From the IMG/VR virus record IMGVR_UViG_3300047409_000468, positions 1-64,000 of that record: a stretch of 64,000 bases of DNA; one strand, given 5' to 3'. The position numbers were made by a program, and so were the translations under genes. This DNA comes from a virus. Below the pieces are notes generated by a model. It had not been told where the DNA came from and ran no database searches. It saw only the letters and a list, made by a program, of their open reading frames with translations. The number at the start of each line of letters is the position of its first letter. Within the stretch, counting starts at the first letter, position 1. Below are positions 44,629 through 52,490 of this stretch, piece by piece.

Positions 44629-46062
44629 CTAATGGTGTCCTCCGCGCAGCGGTACGACGCCACCGCGCGCCGACTTGCCAAATACTAAGTCTGTGATTGC
44701 CCACACCAGCGCATCGAGCCTGTCGGGGCTGCCTGCACCCTCGTAGCCGCGCACGGTCATGTAAATCATCTGCTCTTCCAGGCTGCCGAATGGCTGGCCA
44801 TAGACGTGCCGCACGCGACCCTGCTCGTAGAGCGCAGCGATTGGCTCAGCCCGCACTGCCTTGCCCCGGCTGGCATGCACCGCGCGAAAGGCGACACGCC
44901 TGTTCACCGTGCGGATGGTGTGCTCCACCATGGCCCCGCCGAAGTTGGCCTCGCCCACTATCATATCAGCACTGTTGTTCTCGTACGCTTCGACCACGCG
45001 CCGCGCCCAGTCGGCTGGTCCCCAGTTGACCGTAGCGTCCTCCAGCACGTAGACCGTGCCGTGATCGTCAATACCTGCCACCACGATGCCGATATCGTCC
45101 CCTACCTCGTCCTCATGGTCACCAGCGCGCTCTTTGCGCCGCATGTCGATTTCCCCGGTTGTACCGGACGGGTCCACGCCGACCACGACCCGCCGCATAT
45201 CGGGCAAGTGGTCAGTCTTGTTCATGCCTGCGGCAAGCGGGTTCTGGCCCGATCGTTTCTCCAGCATCTTGCGCGTCCACAGCGCGCCCGGCACGTCGTC
45301 CAGCACCTCGGCGTGCAGTTCCTGTCTGCCCAGCCGAGTGCCTTCGTACTTCTCCTTCATCTTATCGATGAATTTGGACGACAGGTTGTCGGCGTTCTCG
45401 TACGTAGAACCCCGCGTCACTATCGTGTCGCCGCTCTTTTCGCCCCTCAGCAATTCGTGCACCACCGGGATGGGCCGAGGCGTAGTCGTCACCAGTTGGC
45501 GCGGGTTATCACCCATGCGCAACCCGAACTGGAGCATGTCCCACGTATCTTGGGCATAACGCCACTTAGCCAGCTCATCGCTCCATGCTGCCTCGTGCTC
45601 CGGCCCGCGCAACTGCTCGGGGTCATCTGCCGAATAGGTATGAGCAACCGCGCCATTGGGCCACGTCAGCTTGCGCAGGGACGGCTTGTAGTCGGGCCTG
45701 TAGTCGGTTGGATGGCAGCGGAGGATGCCGCCTGCGCTCTGCACCATAACGTCTCTAGCGTCGGCCGCTGTCTCGGCTACGAGCGCCATGTGGCGCACCT
45801 TGCCCGCAGCGAAAGGGGTAGACCCGCACATCTGTGCTCGTACCCATTCGCTGCCCATGCGCGTCTTGCCGTATCCACGGCCTGCCATGGCGAGCCACAC
45901 TGACCAGTTCCCCGAGGGCTCCTGCTGAGACGGCCGCCCCCAGAAGGACCAGTCGTACATCAACAATTCTGATTCCTGTGGCGTCAGGCCGAGAAAAAAG
46001 ATTTCCCGTTCATGTGCCGGCAACCGAGCAAGCAATGATGCCAGCGCCACATTGGCATTCAA
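44629..46062 (-). CDS. terL: Terminase large subunit
   Basis: AGRGYGKTR (Walker A), LRGP, WSDELAKW, TTTPRP, VGVDPS, EANFGG, SPDRLDALVWA. Confidence 0.95.
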   Translation of the reverse strand: MNANVALASLLARLPAHEREIFFLGLTPQESELLMYDWSFWGRPSQQEPSGNWSVWLAMAGRGYGKTRMGSEWVRAQMCGSTPFAAGKVRHMALVAETAADARDVMVQSAGGILRCHPTDYRPDYKPSLRKLTWPNGAVAHTYSADDPEQLRGPEHEAAWSDELAKWRYAQDTWDMLQFGLRMGDNPRQLVTTTPRPIPVVHELLRGEKSGDTIVTRGSTYENADNLSSKFIDKMKEKYEGTRLGRQELHAEVLDDVPGALWTRKMLEKRSGQNPLAAGMNKTDHLPDMRRVVVGVDPSGTTGEIDMRRKERAGDHEDEVGDDIGIVVAGIDDHGTVYVLEDATVNWGPADWARRVVEAYENNSADMIVGEANFGGAMVEHTIRTVNRRVAFRAVHASRGKAVRAEPIAALYEQGRVRHVYGQPFGSLEEQMIYMTVRGYEGAGSPDRLDALVWAITDLVFGKSARGGVVPLRGGHH

Positions 46063-46247
46063 GCGTATCCCTCCAAGTAGTCGCCCCCAGCGACAATGAA
46101 GAACGGACAGGGAACGTCAGCTGGGGGCGACACGGACTGCGGGTGTCCGTGGTTCGGCAACGTAGCGCGTTGGACCCCGCACGTAAATGGGGTTTGCGTA
46201 TGAAGAGACAGGAGGGTAAAAGACAGCACAACCCGGAGACAATACTG

Positions 46248-46448
46248 ATGAAACCATTCCCCACTACTTATCTCGGCGATGGCGTCTATGCCTCGTTCGA
46301 TGGTTATCACGTGTTGCTGCACGTCGGCCGCCATGACACGTTGCCGTGCGTAGCGCTAGAACCCGACGTAATTGCCGCGCTCAACCAATACTACGCCATG
46401 ATAGTGAAAGAATTCGGCAATGCACCTGAACGAACTGATACTGTATAG
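46248..46448 (+). CDS. Small hypothetical protein, antisense to the packaging operon
   Basis: MKPFPTTYLGDGVYASFDGYHVLL...VALEPDVIAAL; GGAG RBS. Confidence 0.65.
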   Translation: MKPFPTTYLGDGVYASFDGYHVLLHVGRHDTLPCVALEPDVIAALNQYYAMIVKEFGNAPERTDTV

Positions 46449-46722
46449 GATGCCGGACAGCACTACCGGGGGAATACAACTGGTGGCTTGGGTACTGTCA
46501 CTCAACGGCATAGCCATAGAGCAGGCCACCGAAGCGCACCCACTCACGGCTGTCAGCCCGGAGCCCGAGTTCCCCGCCGCGCTATGCGTGCTGGCCAGAA
46601 AGCTGGAACGCGCAACCGGCGCGCAGTGCAGCTACCGCGACAGGCGCGTCAGACCCGCCACCACCATCAACATCGGCGGCATCGGCGTCAGGCTGGTCGC
46701 CCCAACACCGAGGACCATATGA
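46420..46722 (+). CDS. Hypothetical protein
   Basis: 100-aa ORF overlapping its neighbours in a three-gene + strand cassette. Confidence 0.5.
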   Translation: MHLNELILYRMPDSTTGGIQLVAWVLSLNGIAIEQATEAHPLTAVSPEPEFPAALCVLARKLERATGAQCSYRDRRVRPATTINIGGIGVRLVAPTPRTI

Positions 46723-46913
46723 AACGCCTTATCTTCGCAGCCGTCGTGCTGGTTACCATCCACACCGCGCTGCTGGTCAGCCATCACGCCGCCAGCGCAG
46801 GTCTATCCGGCAACTATCGAGGTCCGGGCGCTCACGGCTATTCGCTACAAGCATCGCGCACAGTTCACCAACTGTCTGCGGCCCCTCCCATCGTCGCTCC
46901 AGGCGGCCGATAA
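46719..46913 (+). CDS. Small secreted/membrane protein
   Basis: MKRLIFAAVVLVTIHTALLVSHHAASA signal-like N-terminus; GAGGA RBS; ATGA overlap. Confidence 0.55.
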   Translation: MKRLIFAAVVLVTIHTALLVSHHAASAGLSGNYRGPGAHGYSLQASRTVHQLSAAPPIVAPGGR

Positions 46914-46996
46914 GCCGCCCGTGCGCTGAATACAGGGTCGCCGTGATGGTGTAGACCGCCGTAGCGGCAAAGACCTCTTGCGTAACTTCGTTCAGG

Positions 46997-47470
46997 TCAG
47001 TTCCCCGGCACCGCAGTGAATGGCTGCGCCGTCGGGATTGCTGCCGCCGGGGCCGCGTTCCCCGCCGCGCCGGTATTCTGCACGGTGATGCTGAGCCCGG
47101 CCACGGCAGTAATCTTGTACAAGCCGCCCGTGCCGATGGTCACGCTTTGCCCGATTATGAGCCCGGTAGCGTTGGTCACAGGGACCGCGACCGTAGCGTT
47201 CACCGCCGGCTGCGTGAACCCCGCCGTTGTCGTCGTAGGCGGCACCTGTGGCTTCACAATCTGTATATCATTGTCACACCACGTCAATGCCGCGCTCTGG
47301 GTGGAATGCCACTGAGCCTTGGCCTGACTGCCGTAGCGCTTGCAGTTGGCCCGCTCTGCGATGTATTCAGCATTACCAATCTTACGTATTCGGTGCGCCC
47401 ACTTGCCACCCTTGAAGTAAACCGGCGCAAAATTGTGAATAGGATAGTTGGTCGTCGTATAAACCGCCAT
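46997..47470 (-). CDS. Putative virion structural protein
   Basis: 157 aa; Thr/Ala/Val-rich beta C-terminus; directly after terS. Confidence 0.6.
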   Translation of the reverse strand: MAVYTTTNYPIHNFAPVYFKGGKWAHRIRKIGNAEYIAERANCKRYGSQAKAQWHSTQSAALTWCDNDIQIVKPQVPPTTTTAGFTQPAVNATVAVPVTNATGLIIGQSVTIGTGGLYKITAVAGLSITVQNTGAAGNAAPAAAIPTAQPFTAVPGN

Positions 47471-47474
47471 GACC

Positions 47475-47987
47475 CTAGTCCTCTTCCTGTTTCTCGCGTG
47501 CCTTCATGCGTTCTGCTATTGCAGCGATCTTGCGCCGCAACTCAGCAGTGTGGTCCACTTTCGGGGATTCCTCTTCCGGGGGAGCCTGCCATATCGTCGC
47601 CCGTGGGCCATACCGCGCTGGGTCCGTCTTCTCGGTGTATATCTGCCCAGCCTTCATGCGGGTGTGCGCATCCCACGTTCCGCCCTTCCCATCCTCCAAA
47701 ATACCGTCCACCAGCAACTCGGTTTGTATCTGCTTGGCCCGACGGTAGCGCAGATTAAAATCCGGTTCCTGCTCCATCCACAGGAGGAATGTGCCGGGGA
47801 GCGGATAGTCACGATTATTGGCGGTCAGCGCGTTAAGCGTCTCACCGTTCATAATACGCTCAATTATGGCCTCAGCAATCGTCGGGTCAAACACCTTTGG
47901 CCGACGTCTGTAGTCCTCCTCTGCCCACCGGGGTTGATAGATAGTTGTTTGTGGCACCGGCCGGGGCATTTGCCCGTACACTTGCAC
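47475..47987 (-). CDS. terS: Terminase small subunit (Sf6/P22-like HTH)
   Basis: RPKVFDPTIAEAIIERIMNGETLNAL...P...T...W...DF...Y.RAK...P.RYG. Confidence 0.8.
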   Translation of the reverse strand: MQVYGQMPRPVPQTTIYQPRWAEEDYRRRPKVFDPTIAEAIIERIMNGETLNALTANNRDYPLPGTFLLWMEQEPDFNLRYRRAKQIQTELLVDGILEDGKGGTWDAHTRMKAGQIYTEKTDPARYGPRATIWQAPPEEESPKVDHTAELRRKIAAIAERMKAREKQEED

Positions 47988-48181
47988 CTATTCGCTGTCA
48001 TTTGCAAGGCTCCAAAAATGGTCTAAAATGACGAAATTCCTTTAAGCTGCGCGGAATTTTTTGTACCAACACACTAATAGTATATTGGGCCACGACGATA
48101 GATGTGACCTACATATGTGTATACGGAGTTACAAAAGAGTACGGAAAAAAAGTGAGCCCGCGCGATGCCTTAAGCACTCTT

Positions 48182-48211
48182 GTAACTCCGTTACTCCTGT
48201 AACTCCAGCCT
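48182..48211 (-). repeat. 30-bp element, copy 2 (inverted relative to 8261-8290)
   Basis: GTAACTCCGTTACTCCTGTAACTCCAGCCT is the exact reverse complement of 8261-8290. Confidence 0.9.
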
Positions 48212-48278
48212 ATTTTTTAAAACGTCATGTCGCCCCGCTCGCGCGCAACCCAAGTGTACCAATCCACAATTACTATCG

Positions 48279-48309
48279 CTTTACGATATCCAGGGCGATG
48301 TGCTATAAG
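48279..48309 (+). promoter_or_regulatory. Early promoter (TTTACG-N18-TATAAG)
   Basis: Start of the + strand early region. Confidence 0.55.
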
Positions 48310-48346
48310 ATACCCCCGGCAACCCAAAACCACAGGAACCCCAATC

Positions 48347-48739
48347 ATGCCAACCGCATTCAAGCGCTACGCCCACATTGCCCGCACCAAGGGCCAACTC
48401 GATCTTGCCAACCGCCTCGAGATGGAAGCCCGCTGCGTGGGCTACCTGCTAGACGAATGTCTCCGCCGCCGCCTGCTCATCAGCGTGCACGACGGCGAGG
48501 AATGGTGCCTCACACGCTGCACCGACCGCGAAAAGATAATGGACGCGCTCGCCAGCACAGACGAGGACGTACTGTTGATCCGCCACCCGGACGGTCCGGC
48601 CCACACCCCGCTCGGTCGCTTCTTCCTCGTGTACGGCAACACCGGCTGGGACGTGATCGCCGACCATAGCGACAACGAAACCTGCAACAGCATCTGGGAC
48701 GCGATACTGCCCAAGCTCGACGCCGAGATGGCCCGATGA
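48347..48739 (+). CDS. Early hypothetical protein
   Basis: AGGA RBS before ATG 48347; ISVHDGEE...STDED.L...FFLVYGNTGWDVIADHS. Confidence 0.75.
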   Translation: MPTAFKRYAHIARTKGQLDLANRLEMEARCVGYLLDECLRRRLLISVHDGEEWCLTRCTDREKIMDALASTDEDVLLIRHPDGPAHTPLGRFFLVYGNTGWDVIADHSDNETCNSIWDAILPKLDAEMAR

Positions 48740-49038
48740 TCCGCTTCCTTATCCTGGACCTCAGCGCCCACCCCGGCATGCTCGGCTACATCCCCAGCTT
48801 CCTCTCCCTGGAAGACCCGCGCCCGGCCAAGGAACAGTTCGCCAGCAACTACATCGGCGGCTGGCACCCGTACACCGGATTCACGCTGCGCGGCCTGAGC
48901 CTGCACTTCCTCGGTGACCCGCCCATGCGCCCGCTGTTCGCCAGCATACTACGCGACGAGCTGATATTCGTGTACGACCATGGCTGGGTGATGATCCTGC
49001 AACAGGACAACAGCTTCGAAGTTAGTCGTATGGACTGA
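48736..49038 (+). CDS. Early hypothetical protein
   Basis: LGYIPSFL...DPRPAKEQF..NY.GGW...GDPP...RDE...Y..GWV.I.Q.D.SFEV.RMD. Confidence 0.75.
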   Translation: MIRFLILDLSAHPGMLGYIPSFLSLEDPRPAKEQFASNYIGGWHPYTGFTLRGLSLHFLGDPPMRPLFASILRDELIFVYDHGWVMILQQDNSFEVSRMD

Positions 49039-49044
49039 TTGTCC

Positions 49045-49073
49045 TTTACAACGGCGCGATTATCGTATAGACA
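49045..49073 (+). promoter_or_regulatory. Promoter TTTACA-N17-TAGACA
   Basis: Promoter-family match; leader hairpin GCCGG-AATCCC-CCGGC follows. Confidence 0.6.
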
Positions 49074-49113
49074 TCAATCGCGCCGGAATCCCCCGGCAGA
49101 GGAACCCAGATAA

Positions 49114-50037
49114 ATGAACACGAACTCGACTCCCAAGATCCGCGTGCTGCGGCCCACTAATCCAAAGAAGCCCGGCACCAAGGCATGGCATCGCTTCAAC
49201 CTGTACAAGGATGGTATGACCACGAACGAAGCTCTGCGTGCCGGCTTGACCCGCGAAGATCTGCGCTATGACATCGAGCACGGCTTTATCGAAATCGTCA
49301 CGCACGACAACAGCGCGCCCACCGGCAACAGCAACCGCCACGCCGCTTTGGGCCGCATCCGCGCTCTGCTCAACAAGACCGTGGAGAACGGCTGCACCGA
49401 GGAGGAAGCCTTTGCCGCCGCCGCCAAGGCCGGCGAACTGATGGACCGCTACGGCATCGAATCCAGCGAAATGGAAATCCGCGAGGAAGTGTGCACCGTC
49501 GGCGTGCATGGTGCCGAGCGAAGCAAGGCCCACGAAAGCCGCTGGGTGGCGGTTGCCATCGCCCGATATTGCGACTGCCGTGTGTGGCACGTGACCGGGA
49601 CCGGCCAGATACGCTTCTTCGGCTTGCCGGCCGACGTTGAAGTTGCGACCTACCTGATGCGCGTGGTGCAGGGCGCGATGGACCGTGGCTACCGGGAATT
49701 CCGCAAGTCCCCCGGTTACCTCGGCCTTTCCGGGGACCGCAACACGTTCATGGACGCCATGGCCAACCGTGTGAGCGCCCGCTTGCTAGAGATGCACAAG
49801 GCCCGGCACACCGAGACGATGGTCACCACCACGGGCACCAGCCTCGTACTGGTGAAGACCGCCGTGGTGACCGAGCAATGGGAAAAGACCGGCATGCGCC
49901 TGCGCAAGGGCGGCACCCAGCGTGTGAAGATGAGCGACAGCCACGCCGCGCGCAGTGCCGGCATGGCCGCAGGCGACCGAGTACATCTTGGGGCTGGCCT
50001 TAGCGATCGAAGCGTCAAGCTTCGCATCGCTAAGTGA
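49114..50037 (+). CDS. NPK-GS/DGMT domain, DUF2786 and a C-terminal domain
   Basis: NPKKPGTKAWHRFNLYKDGMTTNEALRAGLTREDLRYDIEHGFIEI; RIRALLNKTVENGCTEEEAFAAAAKAGELMDRYGI (DUF2786). Confidence 0.85.
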   Translation: MNTNSTPKIRVLRPTNPKKPGTKAWHRFNLYKDGMTTNEALRAGLTREDLRYDIEHGFIEIVTHDNSAPTGNSNRHAALGRIRALLNKTVENGCTEEEAFAAAAKAGELMDRYGIESSEMEIREEVCTVGVHGAERSKAHESRWVAVAIARYCDCRVWHVTGTGQIRFFGLPADVEVATYLMRVVQGAMDRGYREFRKSPGYLGLSGDRNTFMDAMANRVSARLLEMHKARHTETMVTTTGTSLVLVKTAVVTEQWEKTGMRLRKGGTQRVKMSDSHAARSAGMAAGDRVHLGAGLSDRSVKLRIAK

Positions 50038-50067
50038 TCGACCGCATCGAAACTAAAGGATAACGAA

Positions 50068-50247
50068 ATGAAATACGCATTGATTTTAATATCCCTCACT
50101 AACCCGGATACTGATAGCCGTGTGCTTGTCATGGATTTACCGGAGGGTAACTGTAGAATTCTTGCTGAAGTGGTGTACAAACCAGCCATGAAAGATAAAG
50201 GCACGTTGATGTGCATTCAGCAAATTGGCTTGAGGTACGCGCCATGA
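50068..50247 (+). CDS. Small two-Cys protein with hydrophobic N-terminus (59 aa)
   Basis: Manual translation MKYALILISLTNP...GNCRILA...LMCIQ; AAGGA RBS. Confidence 0.55.
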   Translation: MKYALILISLTNPDTDSRVLVMDLPEGNCRILAEVVYKPAMKDKGTLMCIQQIGLRYAP

Positions 50248-50429
50248 AACTCTGGATGCTTGTCATACTGATAAACGGCCACCAAGAGGTTGTCTCTGGT
50301 GATTACCCCAGCAAAGCCGAATGCCTCCGCGTCGCCGGCTACATCCTCTCCCAAGAACGGCTCGGCCCGCTCAAGTGCGTGCCGGCACGAAAGAACGTGA
50401 AGCACTACGAATATTTTGTGGGGGATTAA
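50244..50429 (+). CDS. Small two-Cys protein with hydrophobic N-terminus (61 aa)
   Basis: MKLWMLVILI...YPSKAECLRVA...LKCVP; ATGA overlap; GAGGT RBS. Confidence 0.6.
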   Translation: MKLWMLVILINGHQEVVSGDYPSKAECLRVAGYILSQERLGPLKCVPARKNVKHYEYFVGD

Positions 50430-50438
50430 AATCTCCAT

Positions 50439-50467
50439 TTTACACCGATAACAAACCGGCCTAAGCT
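50439..50467 (+). promoter_or_regulatory. Promoter TTTACA-N17-TAAGCT
   Basis: Promoter-family match upstream of 50495. Confidence 0.65.
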
Positions 50468-50494
50468 ACCCAATAGGACAGGGAACCAACTACC

Positions 50495-50968
50495 ATGATT
50501 GATGAACTATGCGCCAACGACCAACAGACCATTTGCCGCACGCTGCATCTGCCGCTGCCGACGCCCGACGTGCCGCTGACCACCATCATCACACAGGCAA
50601 AGATGTGCGAGGCCGACGTGCTGGCCCGCCTGGAACAGAGCCGTGACCTGCGTGCCCACATCACCGCGCATGCCATGCGGGGTCGCATCGTGCGGTGCCC
50701 GGCCGACCCGCAACTGCACCCGAAGCCGTGGCCCAAACCGAGCGCCAAGAGCGCCGTAGAGACCCCGACAAGAGCCCGTGCGGCTACCGCCACACGAACT
50801 CTGGTGAGCTACATACCAAACCCCAAGAAGGCCGGCAGCGCCGCCCGCGCCCGCTACGCCCTGTACGAGAACGGGTTGACCGAGACCGAGTTGCTGGCCC
50901 GTGGCCTGCAACGCGCCGACCTGCGCTGGGACACCGAACACAAGCACCTCACCTGGAGGCTAGGATGA
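50495..50968 (+). CDS. Protein with C-terminal NPK-GS/DGMT domain
   Basis: PNPKKAGSAARARYALYENGLTETELLARGLQRADLRWDTEHKHLTW. Confidence 0.8.
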   Translation: MIDELCANDQQTICRTLHLPLPTPDVPLTTIITQAKMCEADVLARLEQSRDLRAHITAHAMRGRIVRCPADPQLHPKPWPKPSAKSAVETPTRARAATATRTLVSYIPNPKKAGSAARARYALYENGLTETELLARGLQRADLRWDTEHKHLTWRLG

Positions 50969-51378
50969 TTAACCACGACCCGCGCCGCGTCCATCCCCCG
51001 GCAGAGGCCGAACGTAAACCGCGTCGGCAAGCCTTGCCTGTGCTTGCGGTAGCGGAGGCTCCCCGTGTCCTCCAGACATATCGCGACCCAGACGTACCCT
51101 CCATGGTGTCGATCGCGCTTGGCGGGACCGGGGAGCCACACCGGGTCGTGTACGTATTCACGCTGGCCCCGCACCGCAACCAAGGCCGCATCCGCGCCCT
51201 GATGACCCAGCTACTGGCCGATTTAGACGCCGAGGCGGCAGAGTGCATTATCATTATAAGAAACGTAGAACCCGGATGCGATATACCCCGTTTGACCACT
51301 TTCTTCGAATCTTTAGGTTACGTGCAAGAAACGCCCGACCCGCCTACGTTGCGCCGCCTGCCCCAGCCGGCATCCTGA
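50965..51378 (+). CDS. GNAT-family acetyltransferase-like protein
   Basis: VFTLAPHRNQGRIRALM (motif A R-x-Q-G) and RLTTFFESLGY; ATGA overlap; GGAGG RBS. Confidence 0.65.
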   Translation: MINHDPRRVHPPAEAERKPRRQALPVLAVAEAPRVLQTYRDPDVPSMVSIALGGTGEPHRVVYVFTLAPHRNQGRIRALMTQLLADLDAEAAECIIIIRNVEPGCDIPRLTTFFESLGYVQETPDPPTLRRLPQPAS

Positions 51379-51551
51379 TTCTCGATCTGCGCGAGGGCCT
51401 GTGCCGCTGGCCGCTGTGGCCGCACGACCAGCGCCCCGGCTCGGCCCCACGTTTCTGCGGTAAGCCAGCTAACAATCACGTGTACTGCGCCGCGCACCGT
51501 GCCGTCGGCATGCAAAGTCCTTTACAGCGTGCGACGAAGAGGCTACGGTAA
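51276..51551 (+). CDS. gcrA: GcrA cell-cycle-regulator C-terminal DNA-binding domain (start uncertain)
   Basis: ILDLREGLCRWPLW...RFCGKP...VYCAAHRAVG matches the GcrA L-x-DL...CRWP...FCG...YC-x-x-H signature; no GcrA N-terminal domain seen. Confidence 0.75.
   Translation: MRYTPFDHFLRIFRLRARNARPAYVAPPAPAGILILDLREGLCRWPLWPHDQRPGSAPRFCGKPANNHVYCAAHRAVGMQSPLQRATKRLR
51521..51549 (+). promoter_or_regulatory. Promoter TTTACA-N17-TACGGT
   Basis: Promoter-family match upstream of the RBS for 51577. Confidence 0.5.
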
Positions 51552-51576
51552 GGGATATCCAACAAGGAGAACCCTT

Positions 51577-51876
51577 ATGATTGTTGAAGTCTATTTCCAC
51601 GGCGTGCACATGGCGACCGTGAACGCACAAGACGCCGATAGCGAAGAGGCCGCGCTGGAGTTCGCGTGGCGCTATACCCAGAACATCGACGGCTCGTGGT
51701 CGCGCTACGGCTCCCCAGATTGGCACCCGACCGCCATGACCGTGCATGCGCCGCTCCCCGTGCACAACGGCAAGACCTACGGCCACCGGAGTTCCATGGT
51801 CGGGGACCGCTTTAAGATCGGTGCCCGCGCTTGGCTGGTCGGGTCCATGGGTTTCAAGGAAGTGACCGATGCGTAA
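51577..51876 (+). CDS. Hypothetical protein
   Basis: AAGGAG RBS; LEFAWRYTQNIDGSW...RSSMVGD...MGFK. Confidence 0.75.
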   Translation: MIVEVYFHGVHMATVNAQDADSEEAALEFAWRYTQNIDGSWSRYGSPDWHPTAMTVHAPLPVHNGKTYGHRSSMVGDRFKIGARAWLVGSMGFKEVTDA

Positions 51877-52078
51877 AGACGATGCAGCATTGCTCAGTCT
51901 GCAAGATTTGATTAGCGCGAAAAGTGAAAAGGCGGGACTGACCCGCCTGCTCACACCGCTGGTCAATGCCGAGCATCCTAAGAAAGCCGTGGCGCATGCC
52001 GTGAGAACACTGGAGCTCTACCTAGTGCGCGAAACTGTCCACAACTATCGAGAAGGGTTGGCAGATGCCCAAGCTTAA
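51869..52078 (+). CDS. Hypothetical protein
   Basis: 69 aa, overlapping its neighbours. Confidence 0.55.
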   Translation: MRKDDAALLSLQDLISAKSEKAGLTRLLTPLVNAEHPKKAVAHAVRTLELYLVRETVHNYREGLADAQA

Positions 52079-52346
52079 GCACAAGCTGACCCCCGAACGG
52101 GATACAGAAGTTGCGCGTCGCGCCGTACGAGCGCAGACACAGCGAGCCGAGCTCGCTGCGCCCGCAACGAGTTACCACACCACCGAGGCCAAGGCTCGCC
52201 GCGCCGCCGCGCGCTGCGGGCTGCCCAACACTGAGATCGGTGCCACGCAGACGCCTGCCGGTTGGGTCGGCGTGGTCTACCTGCGCCCCGACCAAGGCTG
52301 GATGGAGCCCATGGTGCTGCGTTACGGCTGTCTACCCCACCACTAA
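52065..52346 (+). CDS. Hypothetical protein
   Basis: 93 aa, overlapping the upstream ORF. Confidence 0.55.
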   Translation: MPKLKHKLTPERDTEVARRAVRAQTQRAELAAPATSYHTTEAKARRAAARCGLPNTEIGATQTPAGWVGVVYLRPDQGWMEPMVLRYGCLPHH

Positions 52347-52490
52347 TTCTTTCGTTTGCCCCCAATAATTTGCCTTTACAAATCCCCCCGACAAGCCCTT
52401 ACTTGGGCTAGGCTCAAGGCGAAGGGGGGAAATCACAAAAACAGACAAGCAGTGCGGTAAACGTCAACGCTATGTGAGGAAACAATCACC

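Noticed and set aside
52375-52414. Precise promoter call for the RTX gene
   Set aside because: TTTACA is present but no -10 element fits the 16-18 nt spacing well, so it is not listed as a feature.
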